This document shows positions 9,729 through 18,320 of a stretch of 64,000 bases of DNA, piece by piece. The stretch comes from an uncultured Gemmataceae bacterium. Its GTDB lineage: Bacteria > Planctomycetota > Planctomycetia > Gemmatales > Gemmataceae. The stretch covers positions 1,088,001 to 1,152,000 of the forward strand of contig CAVVPN010000003.1 of the NCBI GenBank assembly GCA_963750165.1, given 5' to 3'. Each line of letters begins with the position of its first letter. Positions within the stretch are counted from its first letter, which is position 1. The notes beneath the pieces were generated by a model. That model ran no database searches, was not told the origin of the DNA, and was given only the letters and a program-made list of their open reading frames with translations. Position numbers and translations under genes: made by a program.

Positions 9729-10810
9729 GCATGACACCCACCCAGGCCCGTGAGCGATTGGATCAGCACGTCCGCGAGACCGTGCAGTGGCACTTCAGCC
9801 CCGACACCGGCGCGCCCTTCTGGCTCGACAGAGCCAAATCGTACCGCTTCAACCCACTCAAGGACGTGCAGGGCCTCGCCGACCTGAAGCTGTTCGGCCA
9901 CTTCGAAGACGAATGGCTGCGCGGCGGTCCGATCAACCGCTGGGTGCCGAAGGGCCTGGCCGGCAAGCCGGTCTACGTCTTCGAGACCGGCGGCACCACC
10001 GGCATCCCCAAGAGCCGCATGGTCATCGAGGACCACTGGACCGACTACGAACTCTTCAGCGAATCGCTGCCGGACAAATATTTCCCGAAGGGCTCGAACT
10101 GGCTGATGCTCGGCCCGTCGGGGCCGCGGCGGCTGCGGCTGGCGGTGGAGCACCTGTGCCAGCACCGCGGCGGCATCTGCTTCTGCGTCGATCTCGACCC
10201 GCGCTGGGTGGTCAAGCTCATCAAGAAGGGCTGGATGGAGCACCTCAAGGCGTATCAGGAGCACGTCATCGACCAGGCGCTGACCGTGCTGTCCGCCAAG
10301 CACGACATCAAGTGCATGTTCACGACACCGAAGCTGCTCGACGCCCTGGCCAACCGGCTCGAACAGGATGGCAGCAGCATCGCCCAGACGGGCATCACCG
10401 GCGTCTTCTGCGGCGGCACCGAGATGACCTCGCAGTGGATCCGCTTCGCCATCGAGGAACTGCTCGGCCCGCACGTGTACATCGCGCCGACCTACGGCAA
10501 CACGCTGATGGGCCTGGCCGCCGCCGAGATGCCGACCGCCGCCGACAACTACAAGATCGCCTACTACGCTCCCGAGCCGCGCGCCGTCGTTGAGGTCGTG
10601 GACTTCGACGACTATGACAGGTTGGCCGAGTACGGCAAGGAGGGCCGCGTCCAGCTGACGACGCTGACGAAGGAGTTTTTCGTGCCGCGCTTCATGGAAC
10701 GTGACGAGGGCGTGCGCGAGCGGCCGAGCGCGAAGTATCCGTGGGACGGCGTCAGCGGCGTCAAGCCGTTCCGGGCGTTCGCGGCGACCACGACGGTCGG
10801 GGTGTATTGA
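9725..10810 (+). CDS. Short ANL-superfamily adenylating protein (EhpF/LuxE acyl-protein synthetase-like)
   Basis: FETGGTTGIPK P-loop, PTYGNTL (A5-like), ERDEG (A7-like); 361 aa, lacking the small C-terminal ANL domain. Confidence 0.7.
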   Translation: MSMTPTQARERLDQHVRETVQWHFSPDTGAPFWLDRAKSYRFNPLKDVQGLADLKLFGHFEDEWLRGGPINRWVPKGLAGKPVYVFETGGTTGIPKSRMVIEDHWTDYELFSESLPDKYFPKGSNWLMLGPSGPRRLRLAVEHLCQHRGGICFCVDLDPRWVVKLIKKGWMEHLKAYQEHVIDQALTVLSAKHDIKCMFTTPKLLDALANRLEQDGSSIAQTGITGVFCGGTEMTSQWIRFAIEELLGPHVYIAPTYGNTLMGLAAAEMPTAADNYKIAYYAPEPRAVVEVVDFDDYDRLAEYGKEGRVQLTTLTKEFFVPRFMERDEGVRERPSAKYPWDGVSGVKPFRAFAATTTVGVY

Positions 10811-10995
10811 TGACGGTGCGGGAGGTGCTGAAATTATTGCGCAAGGACGGGTGGTTTGTGGACCGTCAGCGTGGCAGCCACCGGCAGCTGCATCACCCGA
10901 CCAAACCTGGGACGGTAACGGTCGCAGGCAAACCGAGCGTTACGATCAAGAAGAAACTGGAAAAGTCGATCTTGAGACAGGCACAACTGGACTGA
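10810..10995 (+). CDS. hicA: HicA-family toxin
   Basis: 61 aa basic protein, L..DGW...RQRGSHRQL.HP.K.G.VTV, SIL.QA. Confidence 0.9.
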   Translation: MTVREVLKLLRKDGWFVDRQRGSHRQLHHPTKPGTVTVAGKPSVTIKKKLEKSILRQAQLD

Positions 10996-11008
10996 GGGGC
11001 GAAAAGCC

Positions 11009-11332
11009 GTGCGATACCTCGTTATGATCCTGCGGACGGAGACGGGTTACAACGCCCTTGTTCCCGATCTGCCTGGCTGCGTCGCCGCCGCCAAATCCTG
11101 GAAAGGGATTGGCCGGTTGATTGCCGAAGCCATTGGCCTGCATATCGATTCGATGGAAAAACACGGAGAAAAAGTCCCCCCCCCGTCCCAGCGGATGGAG
11201 TTCGCTATCGATCACGATGAACCACTGGAAGAGTATTGTACCTGGGTAGAAGTGATTCCCGCCGAGCAAACGCTCGCCCGCTACAAAGAGTTGAAGAAGA
11301 GCAAAGAACCCACCAAGGAACCCCTCCCATGA
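11009..11332 (+). CDS. hicB: HicB-family antitoxin
   Basis: GYNALVPDLPGCVA...IAEAIGLHI..M...GE.VP.P, directly after hicA. Confidence 0.85.
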   Translation: MRYLVMILRTETGYNALVPDLPGCVAAAKSWKGIGRLIAEAIGLHIDSMEKHGEKVPPPSQRMEFAIDHDEPLEEYCTWVEVIPAEQTLARYKELKKSKEPTKEPLP

Positions 11333-12762
11333 TCCACATCCCCGTGTTGCGCTGGGGCGAGCCGTACAAGAGCATGGAGATCGACAAGGTCGTACACTTC
11401 GCCACCGGCGAGGCGCTGGCCGAGACCAGCCGGGCCAACGCCGGCCTGGTGGAGCGCGACATGCGCTTCACCCGCCGTGCCCGCGAGGTGCTGCGCGAGA
11501 TCCCCATCAAGGAATTGCTGGAAAAAGCCAAGCAGGCGGCCGACCTGTACACCGACGCCGAGCTGCCGCTGGGCGACGGCACGCAGACGCCCGACCAGTT
11601 CGTGCGTATGCAGTCCGCGACCACCGGCCTGCCCGAGCACATGTGCCGCTTCAACATGAAGAAGAACCACTTCGTGCTGAGCAACATGGAGAAGGTCTTC
11701 GACAGCCTGACGCGCGGCCTCGACATGGAAATCCTGTCGCGCGGCTACGGCGTCGAGGCCCGCGGCGTGCCGATCAGCTACCAGGCGCAGACGCCCGTGC
11801 TCGGCATGGTGCTGCCGAGCAACTCGCCCGGCGTCCACACGCTCTGGCTGCCGATCATCCCGATGCAAATTGGGTTGGTGCTCAAACCGGGGCCGCAGGA
11901 ACCATGGACTCCCTACCGCATGACGCAGGCGTTCGTGCAGGCGGGCATCCCGAAACAGGCCATCGCCATCTACCCCGGCCTCGGCGACGTGGGCGCCGCG
12001 GTGCTCAACGCCTGCCCGCGCAGCCTGATCTTCGGCGGCACCGCCACGGTCGAGCAGTACAAGGGCAACCCGCGCGTGCAGGCGCACGGCCCCGGCTTCA
12101 GCAAGATTTTGCTCGGCGACGACATGGTGGATCAGTGGGAAAAATACATCGACCTGATGGTGGACAGCGTGTTGACCAACAGCGGCCGCGGTTGCATCAA
12201 CTGCAGCGGTGTCTGGGCGTCGCGGCACACGAAAGAGATCGCCCAGGCGCTGGCCGAGCGCCTGGGGCCGATCCAGCCGCTGCCGCCGGAGGACCCCAAG
12301 GCGCAGCTGGCCGCGTTCACCGTCCCGGGCCAGGCCGCCGGCGTCAACGCCGACATCGAGAAGGCGCTGCAGGACGCCGGCACCGTGGACATGACGGCGA
12401 AGTACGGCAACCGTCTGGTCGAGAAGGGCCGCTATGATTACCTGCGGCCGACGGTCATCTGGTGCGATTCGCCCGAGCGGAGCATGGCCAAGAAGGAGTA
12501 CATGTTCCCGTTCGTGACCGTGGTGGAGTGCCCGCAGGACAAAATGCTGGACGCCATCGGCCCGACGCTGGTGTGCTCGGCGATCACGGCCGACCCGAAG
12601 TTCCAGCGGGCGCTGACCGACGCGATCCACATCGACCGGCTGAACCTCGGGCCAATCCCGACAATTCAGCTGAACTGGTTGCAACCGCACGAGGGTAGCA
12701 TCGTGGATTTCCTGTTCCGCGGGCGGGCGTTCCAGTTCGACAAGGGCATGATTCGTATTTGA
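11329..12762 (+). CDS. Aldehyde dehydrogenase superfamily protein, LuxC/EhpG-like acyl reductase
   Basis: LPSNSP, VLKPG, IFGG, NSGRGCINCS catalytic Cys loop, EYMFPF; HGPGFSK in place of ELGGK. Confidence 0.8.
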   Translation: MIHIPVLRWGEPYKSMEIDKVVHFATGEALAETSRANAGLVERDMRFTRRAREVLREIPIKELLEKAKQAADLYTDAELPLGDGTQTPDQFVRMQSATTGLPEHMCRFNMKKNHFVLSNMEKVFDSLTRGLDMEILSRGYGVEARGVPISYQAQTPVLGMVLPSNSPGVHTLWLPIIPMQIGLVLKPGPQEPWTPYRMTQAFVQAGIPKQAIAIYPGLGDVGAAVLNACPRSLIFGGTATVEQYKGNPRVQAHGPGFSKILLGDDMVDQWEKYIDLMVDSVLTNSGRGCINCSGVWASRHTKEIAQALAERLGPIQPLPPEDPKAQLAAFTVPGQAAGVNADIEKALQDAGTVDMTAKYGNRLVEKGRYDYLRPTVIWCDSPERSMAKKEYMFPFVTVVECPQDKMLDAIGPTLVCSAITADPKFQRALTDAIHIDRLNLGPIPTIQLNWLQPHEGSIVDFLFRGRAFQFDKGMIRI

Positions 12763-12766
12763 ATTG

Positions 12767-12860
12767 AGCCACAGAGGACACAGAGAACACCGAGAGAAAA
12801 TACAAGCAGCCACACACAAAATTGGTTTTTCTCTCGGTGTTCTCTGTGTCCTCTGTGGCT
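12767..12860. repeat. Long inverted repeat built from 9-bp CACAGAGNN units
   Basis: AGCCACAGAGGACACAGAGAACACCGAGAGAAAA ... TTTTCTCTCGGTGTTCTCTGTGTCCTCTGTGGCT. Confidence 0.9.
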
Positions 12861-12913
12861 AATTTGTTACCATTTGGAGTTGACGGGCGTTCCGGGCGAG
12901 ACTGCGAAGTATC

Positions 12914-14113
12914 ATGAAGGCAACCCCTGTGACCGACAGCGTTCACGCCGGCCCCTCTCCCTGGCCGCTCCGTTCCTTTGACTTTCATTCACCGACGTGC
13001 GTCGTCTTCGGCGCCGGCACGCTGAACCGCCTCGGCGAGCTGGCCCGCGAACTGGGCGACACGCGCGTGCTGCTGGTGACCGACCCCGGTCTGGAAGAAG
13101 CCGGCCATCCGCAGCGCGCCCTGGCGTCGCTGCAGGCCGCCGGGTTGGAAGTGTTTCTGTTCGACGGCGTCGAGTGCAACCCAACCACACGGCACGTCGA
13201 GGCCGGCGTCGCCTTCGCCCGGTCACTGAACATCGATCTCATCGTCAGCGTCGGCGGCGGCAGTGCCATGGACTGCGCCAAGGGCATTAATTTCCTGCTG
13301 ACCAACGGCGGCCGCATGGCGGACTACAAGGGCTTCGGCAAGGCGGCGCGGCCGATGCTGCCGTCCATCGGCGTGCCGACCACCGCCGGCACCGGCAGCG
13401 AGGCCCAGTCCTACGCCCTGATCGCCGACGAATCGACGCACATGAAGATGGCCTGTGGCGACCGCAAGGCCGCGTTCCGCATCGCCATCCTCGACCCGGA
13501 AGTCACCGTGTCGCAGCCGGCCAAGGTGACCGCCATCACCGGCATCGACGCCGTCTCGCACGCCGTCGAGTCGTTCGTGACCGCCAAGCGCACGCCCCTG
13601 GCGCAGATGTTCGCGCGCGAGGCGTGGAAGATGCTGGAGGAGAATTTTGAAACGGTGCTGCGCGAGCCAGCCAACCTGGACGCCCGCGGGCAGATGCAGC
13701 TGGGGGCGTTCCTGGCCGGGGCCGCCATCGAGAATTCGATGCTCGGCGCCTGCCACGCCTGCGCCAACCCGCTGACGGCCCACTATGGCGTGACGCACGG
13801 CGTCGCCATCGGCGTGCTGCTGCCGCACGTGGTCCGTTTCAACGCCACCGCGGTCGGTTCGCTATACGGCGAACTGACCGAGCAGGCGGACCTGGGCGAC
13901 GGCGACGGCGCCGTGGCGGCCGAGGCGCTGGCGGAGCGGCTCGACGAACTGCTGCGCAGCGCCGAGCTACCGACGCGGCTGCGCGACTGCGGCGTCAGCG
14001 ACACGATTTTGCCGCTGCTGGCCGAGGAGGCGAACCAGCAGTGGACGGCCCGCTTCAACCCGCGGCCGGTGGTCGAGGCTGACCTGCTGAAGCTGTACCG
14101 GGCCGCGTTTTAA
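12914..14113 (+). CDS. Iron-containing alcohol dehydrogenase
   Basis: GGGSAMDCAK, PTTAGTGSE, DAVSHAVE, HACANPL...THG metal ligands. Confidence 0.95.
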   Translation: MKATPVTDSVHAGPSPWPLRSFDFHSPTCVVFGAGTLNRLGELARELGDTRVLLVTDPGLEEAGHPQRALASLQAAGLEVFLFDGVECNPTTRHVEAGVAFARSLNIDLIVSVGGGSAMDCAKGINFLLTNGGRMADYKGFGKAARPMLPSIGVPTTAGTGSEAQSYALIADESTHMKMACGDRKAAFRIAILDPEVTVSQPAKVTAITGIDAVSHAVESFVTAKRTPLAQMFAREAWKMLEENFETVLREPANLDARGQMQLGAFLAGAAIENSMLGACHACANPLTAHYGVTHGVAIGVLLPHVVRFNATAVGSLYGELTEQADLGDGDGAVAAEALAERLDELLRSAELPTRLRDCGVSDTILPLLAEEANQQWTARFNPRPVVEADLLKLYRAAF

Positions 14114-14125
14114 CGCACCGCGTTT

Positions 14126-14186
14126 GTCCGAGCCCGAGCGCCAGCGCGGGGCAGACTCTGCCCCGCGCTGGCGCTCGGGCTCGGAC
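14126..14186. repeat. REP-like palindrome GAGCCCGAGCGCCAGCGCGGGGC family
   Basis: Perfect hairpin; further copies at 31043-31105, 37913-37976, 45388-45432, 52412-52468 and a variant at 7362-7409. Confidence 0.95.
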
Positions 14187-14219
14187 CCCGAACAAACTGT
14201 CATCGGAGCCTGTGCCACC

Positions 14220-15338
14220 ATGAAAGCGATCCTGACCTGTGCCGCCCTCGTGCTGCTCGCGCTGCCGGTCGCGCCGGCCCAGGACAAACCGGCTCCGGGC
14301 GGCGACTGGCCGCTGTTCCGCGGCAACGCGCTGCAGACCGGCGTCACCACCGCGCGACTGCCGGACCGGCTGGAAGTTCTGTGGAAGTTCGAGACCAAGG
14401 ACGGCATCGAGTCGGCCGCGGCCATCGTCGGCGACACCGTCTACGTCGGCTCACTGGACGAGCACCTGTACGCCCTCGACCTGCGCACGGGCATGCCGAA
14501 GTGGAAGTACAAGGCCAACGGCGGCATCAAGGCGGCGCCGAGCGTGGCCGATGGCCTGGTGTTCGTTGGTGACGAGGACGGCCACTTCCACTGCGTTGAG
14601 GCCGCGACCGGTGCGAAGAAGTGGAGCTTCGAGACCGGTTCGGAGATCACGTCCGGAGCGAATTTCGCCGGCAAGAACATCCTGTTCGGCTCGCACGACT
14701 CGACGCTGTATTGCCTGGACCGCGCCGGCAAGCTGGTGTGGAAGTTCAAGACGCAGGGGCCGGTGAACGGCTCACCAGTGGTGGCCGGCAACCGGACGTT
14801 CGTGGCCGGCTGCGACAGCGCGCTGCACGTGCTGGACGTGACCAACGGCAAGGAACTGGCGTCCATCGAACTGAGTGGCCAGGCGGCGGCGACGGCGGCG
14901 GTGGTCGGCGACAAACTGTACGTCGGCAACATGGCCAACGAGGTACAGGCGCTCGACCTGAAGAAGAACGCGGTGCTGTGGAGCTACGAGCCGAAGCAGC
15001 GGTCGCAGCCGTTCTACGCCTCGGCGGCGGTGACGGACAAGCTGGTGATCGTCGGCGGCCGCGACAAGCTGGTGCATGCGCTCAGCCGCGACAAGGGCGA
15101 GCCAGTGTGGACGTACCCGACGCGCGGCCGCATCGACTGCTCGCCGGTGGTGGCCGGCGGCCGCGTCTACGTCGGCGCGCTGGACGGCAACCTGTACGTG
15201 CTGAACGCGGACCGGGGCACGGAGGTGCAGAAGCTGAGCCTGGGCCGCGGCATCGTGGCGTCGCCAGCGGTCGCGCACGGCCGGCTGGTGATCGGTAACA
15301 CGGAGGGGATGGTGTACTGCCTGGGGGCGAAAAAATGA
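14220..15338 (+). CDS. Secreted PQQ-like/BamB-like beta-propeller protein
   Basis: Signal peptide, DWPLFRGN, regular 8-blade S.P.V....V.VGS.D..LYALD...G...W repeats. Confidence 0.9.
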   Translation: MKAILTCAALVLLALPVAPAQDKPAPGGDWPLFRGNALQTGVTTARLPDRLEVLWKFETKDGIESAAAIVGDTVYVGSLDEHLYALDLRTGMPKWKYKANGGIKAAPSVADGLVFVGDEDGHFHCVEAATGAKKWSFETGSEITSGANFAGKNILFGSHDSTLYCLDRAGKLVWKFKTQGPVNGSPVVAGNRTFVAGCDSALHVLDVTNGKELASIELSGQAAATAAVVGDKLYVGNMANEVQALDLKKNAVLWSYEPKQRSQPFYASAAVTDKLVIVGGRDKLVHALSRDKGEPVWTYPTRGRIDCSPVVAGGRVYVGALDGNLYVLNADRGTEVQKLSLGRGIVASPAVAHGRLVIGNTEGMVYCLGAKK

Positions 15339-16234
15339 TGTGGCGGCCGTCGCGCTCTGGGAAGACGCATCCCACACAAGGGACGAGCGCCGGCTGCTTG
15401 GGCGTCAACCGGCTGACAATCTTTGCCGTGCTTCTGCAGGTAGTGCGGGTATGCTGTGAGGCTTTCCAGTCGAAGTCTCCTGACGACGCCGCCCCGAGGA
15501 AGGCCAGTCCGGTGGCCGTCAGCGATCCGGGCTGGCCCTGGGAAGTGGTCGCCCTGATGGGGGTGGGTTTCGGTCTACTGTTGGCGGCCATGTTCCGCTT
15601 TTATCGATGGCAGGGCCGGGCACGCGAATGTGATATTTACTGGCTCGGGAAACTGGCCATCGTCCGCGACCAGATGACGTGGCCTTATCGGCACGATTGG
15701 CGCCACGGGCGGCACCTGATCCAGGCCCTGGCCGGGCCGTACCGACGCGAAGCGCGTTTATTGTCCGCGGCGCTGGAGCACGGCATCGTCGTGAACTTGC
15801 AAGACTTTCCCGCGGAGTCCACGATCGCTGACGTGGATTGGCTGGTGGGCCGCCTGTCGGAGCGCTCGGGGATGAACTTGCCGACGGCGCGCTGGGTGCT
15901 GCAATCCTGGTGCCGGTCACTCGGGAAAGGGCCGGAGCCGCCGCCCACCGTTCTGGAATTCATCGGTCGCTATGAGGCCGTTCGCCTGGCGCTGTTCCTG
16001 GTCCTTACGTTAAGCTGCCTGTTCATGGGCATCGCGTTCGGACTGACGTTCTGGATCGGGTTTCTGGCCCTCGCCGCGGCGGTCGGCCTCGGAATGCTCT
16101 TGTCGGCGGTAGGCTACCTCGGCTGGAGCCGATTTCGCCGCTGTCCTGCAATGGTCTCGGAAGAGAGCGCGGCGTCTCGCAGGGCAATGGCCGCTGACCA
16201 GCCCGGGTGCGATGCCGAGGAGTCCCATCAATGA
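15335..16234 (+). CDS. Hypothetical membrane protein; start uncertain
   Basis: Three hydrophobic segments around a helical domain resembling the N-terminus of the WD40 protein at 28181. Confidence 0.55.
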   Translation: MMWRPSRSGKTHPTQGTSAGCLGVNRLTIFAVLLQVVRVCCEAFQSKSPDDAAPRKASPVAVSDPGWPWEVVALMGVGFGLLLAAMFRFYRWQGRARECDIYWLGKLAIVRDQMTWPYRHDWRHGRHLIQALAGPYRREARLLSAALEHGIVVNLQDFPAESTIADVDWLVGRLSERSGMNLPTARWVLQSWCRSLGKGPEPPPTVLEFIGRYEAVRLALFLVLTLSCLFMGIAFGLTFWIGFLALAAAVGLGMLLSAVGYLGWSRFRRCPAMVSEESAASRRAMAADQPGCDAEESHQ

Positions 16235-16677
16235 CCAGACCGAACCCCGAACCCGTGGACCCCGCGCGCGTGACGGAACTGGCCCTGGCCGTGGTGCAGG
16301 CCGACCGCTTCCCAGACCTGGCGACCATCGACGGCGACCAGCCGCGCGTCCGCCCGGTGTCGCCGGTGCGCACCGACCGCTTCACCGTCTACGTCGCCAA
16401 CCTGCGCAGCTACCACAAGACGGCCGAGGTCGCCGCCAACCCGAAGGTGGAGCTGTGCTACCTGGCGGCCAATCACGACCAGGTGCGCATCACCGGCGTC
16501 GCGGAGGTCGAGCAGGACCGGGCCGTGTTGCAGCAAATCTGGGACGACAATCCGCTGCTGCGGCAGTACCTGGGGTCGCTGGACAACCCCGAGCTGATCG
16601 TGTACCGCATCCGGCCGACGCGCGTGCGCTTCATGCGCGAGTGGGCGCTGGAGTATCATGAGGTGCCGGTGTCGTGA
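16231..16677 (+). CDS. Pyridoxamine 5'-phosphate oxidase-like (split-barrel FMN-binding) protein
   Basis: LATIDGDQPRVRP, K..EV.ANPKVELCY, QVRITG. Confidence 0.85.
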   Translation: MTRPNPEPVDPARVTELALAVVQADRFPDLATIDGDQPRVRPVSPVRTDRFTVYVANLRSYHKTAEVAANPKVELCYLAANHDQVRITGVAEVEQDRAVLQQIWDDNPLLRQYLGSLDNPELIVYRIRPTRVRFMREWALEYHEVPVS

Positions 16678-16723
16678 CGGCGGGTTGTGCAATCGGTCAA
16701 TTGCGCAATAAAGGAGGTTCGCG

Positions 16724-17014
16724 ATGCATCAGTGGCTCGTCAGCACGGTCAGCCCCGGTCAGTTCCCGACCGAGTACGCCGTCGGCGGCACCCAGCACAA
16801 CGGCAAGCCGTTCTCACTCTTCGCGCCCGCAGAGGCCGTCCAGGCCCTCTCAAGCGGGGAAGGGCAGGGGCTGATGCGCGTGGAGTTGATCGAGCGCAAG
16901 GGCGAACTCGCGCTGATCCGGTTGCCGGCGCAAACTCTGGAAAACGGGCAGTACGTCACCGTCAAGGCAACCGATCTCCAGGCGGCCCCCGCGCCGGAGA
17001 AAGCCGCCTCATGA
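16724..17014 (+). CDS. Small hypothetical protein coupled to dCTP deaminase
   Basis: AAGGAGG RBS, 96 aa, stop overlaps the next ATG (ATGA). Confidence 0.7.
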   Translation: MHQWLVSTVSPGQFPTEYAVGGTQHNGKPFSLFAPAEAVQALSSGEGQGLMRVELIERKGELALIRLPAQTLENGQYVTVKATDLQAAPAPEKAAS

Positions 17015-17721
17015 TCCTGTCCAACGTCGCCATTTACGAGGCACTCGACCTGGAGCGGATCGTCCTCACCCCTGAACCGTCGCCGCGCTACCTGGAGGTC
17101 GGGCAGGATTCCCCTTACGACACACACTCCGTTGATGTGCGCCTCGTTAGGTTTCTTTCGGCACCGCAGAAAGGGGCGTACAACTTCGATCTGGCACGGT
17201 TAGGCGAGCCGGGGGCCTTGACGCAAACCCTGGCCGCCAATTCCCGGCGTGTGGAAATTCCGGTAGAGGGCTTCAATCTGGAGCCGGGCTTGTTCGTGCT
17301 GGGGCAGACCGTTGAGCGTCTGCACCTGCCTATTGATGTCCCAGCGAACCGAATCCTCAAGCGCTGCCTCGCCGCTCGGTTTGAGGGCAAGAGCAGCCGC
17401 GCCCGCACGGGCCTGCTGGTTCACTTCACAGCGCCAACAATTCACCCCGGCTTTGAAGGCACGATCACGCTGGAGATGATCAACCACGGCCCGGTGGCTT
17501 TCGTCTTGCGTGCGGACATGGCGATTGGTCAATTGATCTTCGAGGAGGTGTGCGGGCTGCCCATTTCCAAACAGAGAATGAAAAGAGACGAAATGAGGCC
17601 TCTTGCCTCACCTGTACATTCTATCACATCGGCGCAGAGGTGGGAAGAGGGCGAACCGAACGATGTGCTAAAACAATGTGTAGATGAACGGAGCCGCCGC
17701 GGTCGTGGACAGGACCATTAA
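17011..17721 (+). CDS. dcd: dCTP deaminase (trimeric dUTPase fold) with atypical C-terminus
   Basis: MILS start, SVDVRL, LGQT.E, EGKSSRARTGL, IHPGFEGTITLE, IGQLIFE. Confidence 0.8.
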   Translation: MILSNVAIYEALDLERIVLTPEPSPRYLEVGQDSPYDTHSVDVRLVRFLSAPQKGAYNFDLARLGEPGALTQTLAANSRRVEIPVEGFNLEPGLFVLGQTVERLHLPIDVPANRILKRCLAARFEGKSSRARTGLLVHFTAPTIHPGFEGTITLEMINHGPVAFVLRADMAIGQLIFEEVCGLPISKQRMKRDEMRPLASPVHSITSAQRWEEGEPNDVLKQCVDERSRRGRGQDH

Positions 17722-17868
17722 CAGACTCAGCAGCAGCAACACGATCAGGATCGGCAGCAGCCACCATTTCTTGTTCTGCAGCAGAAAGTACCAGAAGTCG
17801 AGCAGCAGCGGCACCCGCGTCTCGTCCCGGGCCGCCTTCTCCAGATCGCTTTCGGCCTTCTCATCCAC
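17668..17868 (-). CDS. DUF5989/SxtK-like small membrane protein
   Basis: FWYFL..NKKWWLLPI...APFIYTLF signature. Confidence 0.9.
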   Translation of the reverse strand: MDEKAESDLEKAARDETRVPLLLDFWYFLLQNKKWWLLPILIVLLLLSLLMVLSTTAAAPFIYTLF

Positions 17869-17889
17869 GGCAACTTCCCCGCAGCGATT

Positions 17890-18306
17890 TCACGACTGGC
17901 GAAAGTAACTGCGCACGTCCGCGGCGGCCGGTTTGGCGACCCAGTAAGTATCCTGGTCGGGGCGGTAGCGGCGAGCCAGGGCGTCACGGCCGATGAGTTT
18001 GAAGAGTAACCCCAGCGGCGTGAAGATGCAATAAAAAAGGACCGCCAGGATGAGGTGCGATGTCAACCAGCCGATCGGGTAGACAAGCACCAGCCAGCCG
18101 ACGAACACAGGCCGCAGCAGCCACGGGCAGACGGCCCCCACCACACCGACCACGCCCGCCAGCCCGAGCAGCACCAGCGGCACGACCTGCTCCGCGCCGC
18201 CGAAAAACTGCCGGACGGCCGCGGCGGTGAGCAGCAGTGCCCCGAAGGCGGCGAACCAGCGCAGGGTCGCCGGCGGCGGTCTGAAGGGAATGTCCGACCA
18301 GCGCAT
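17890..18306 (-). CDS. SxtJ-family membrane protein
   Basis: LR.F, W..L..PIGW..S..IL...FY.IFTPLG...KL.GRD.L, TYW, Y.RQ. Confidence 0.85.
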   Translation of the reverse strand: MRWSDIPFRPPPATLRWFAAFGALLLTAAAVRQFFGGAEQVVPLVLLGLAGVVGVVGAVCPWLLRPVFVGWLVLVYPIGWLTSHLILAVLFYCIFTPLGLLFKLIGRDALARRYRPDQDTYWVAKPAAADVRSYFRQS

Positions 18307-18320
18307 GGGCCCTCCAGAAA

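Noticed and set aside
9725..12762. Bioluminescence (lux) or phenazine biosynthesis cluster
   Set aside because: No luxAB/luxD or phz core genes in the window; only the activating/reducing pair is similar
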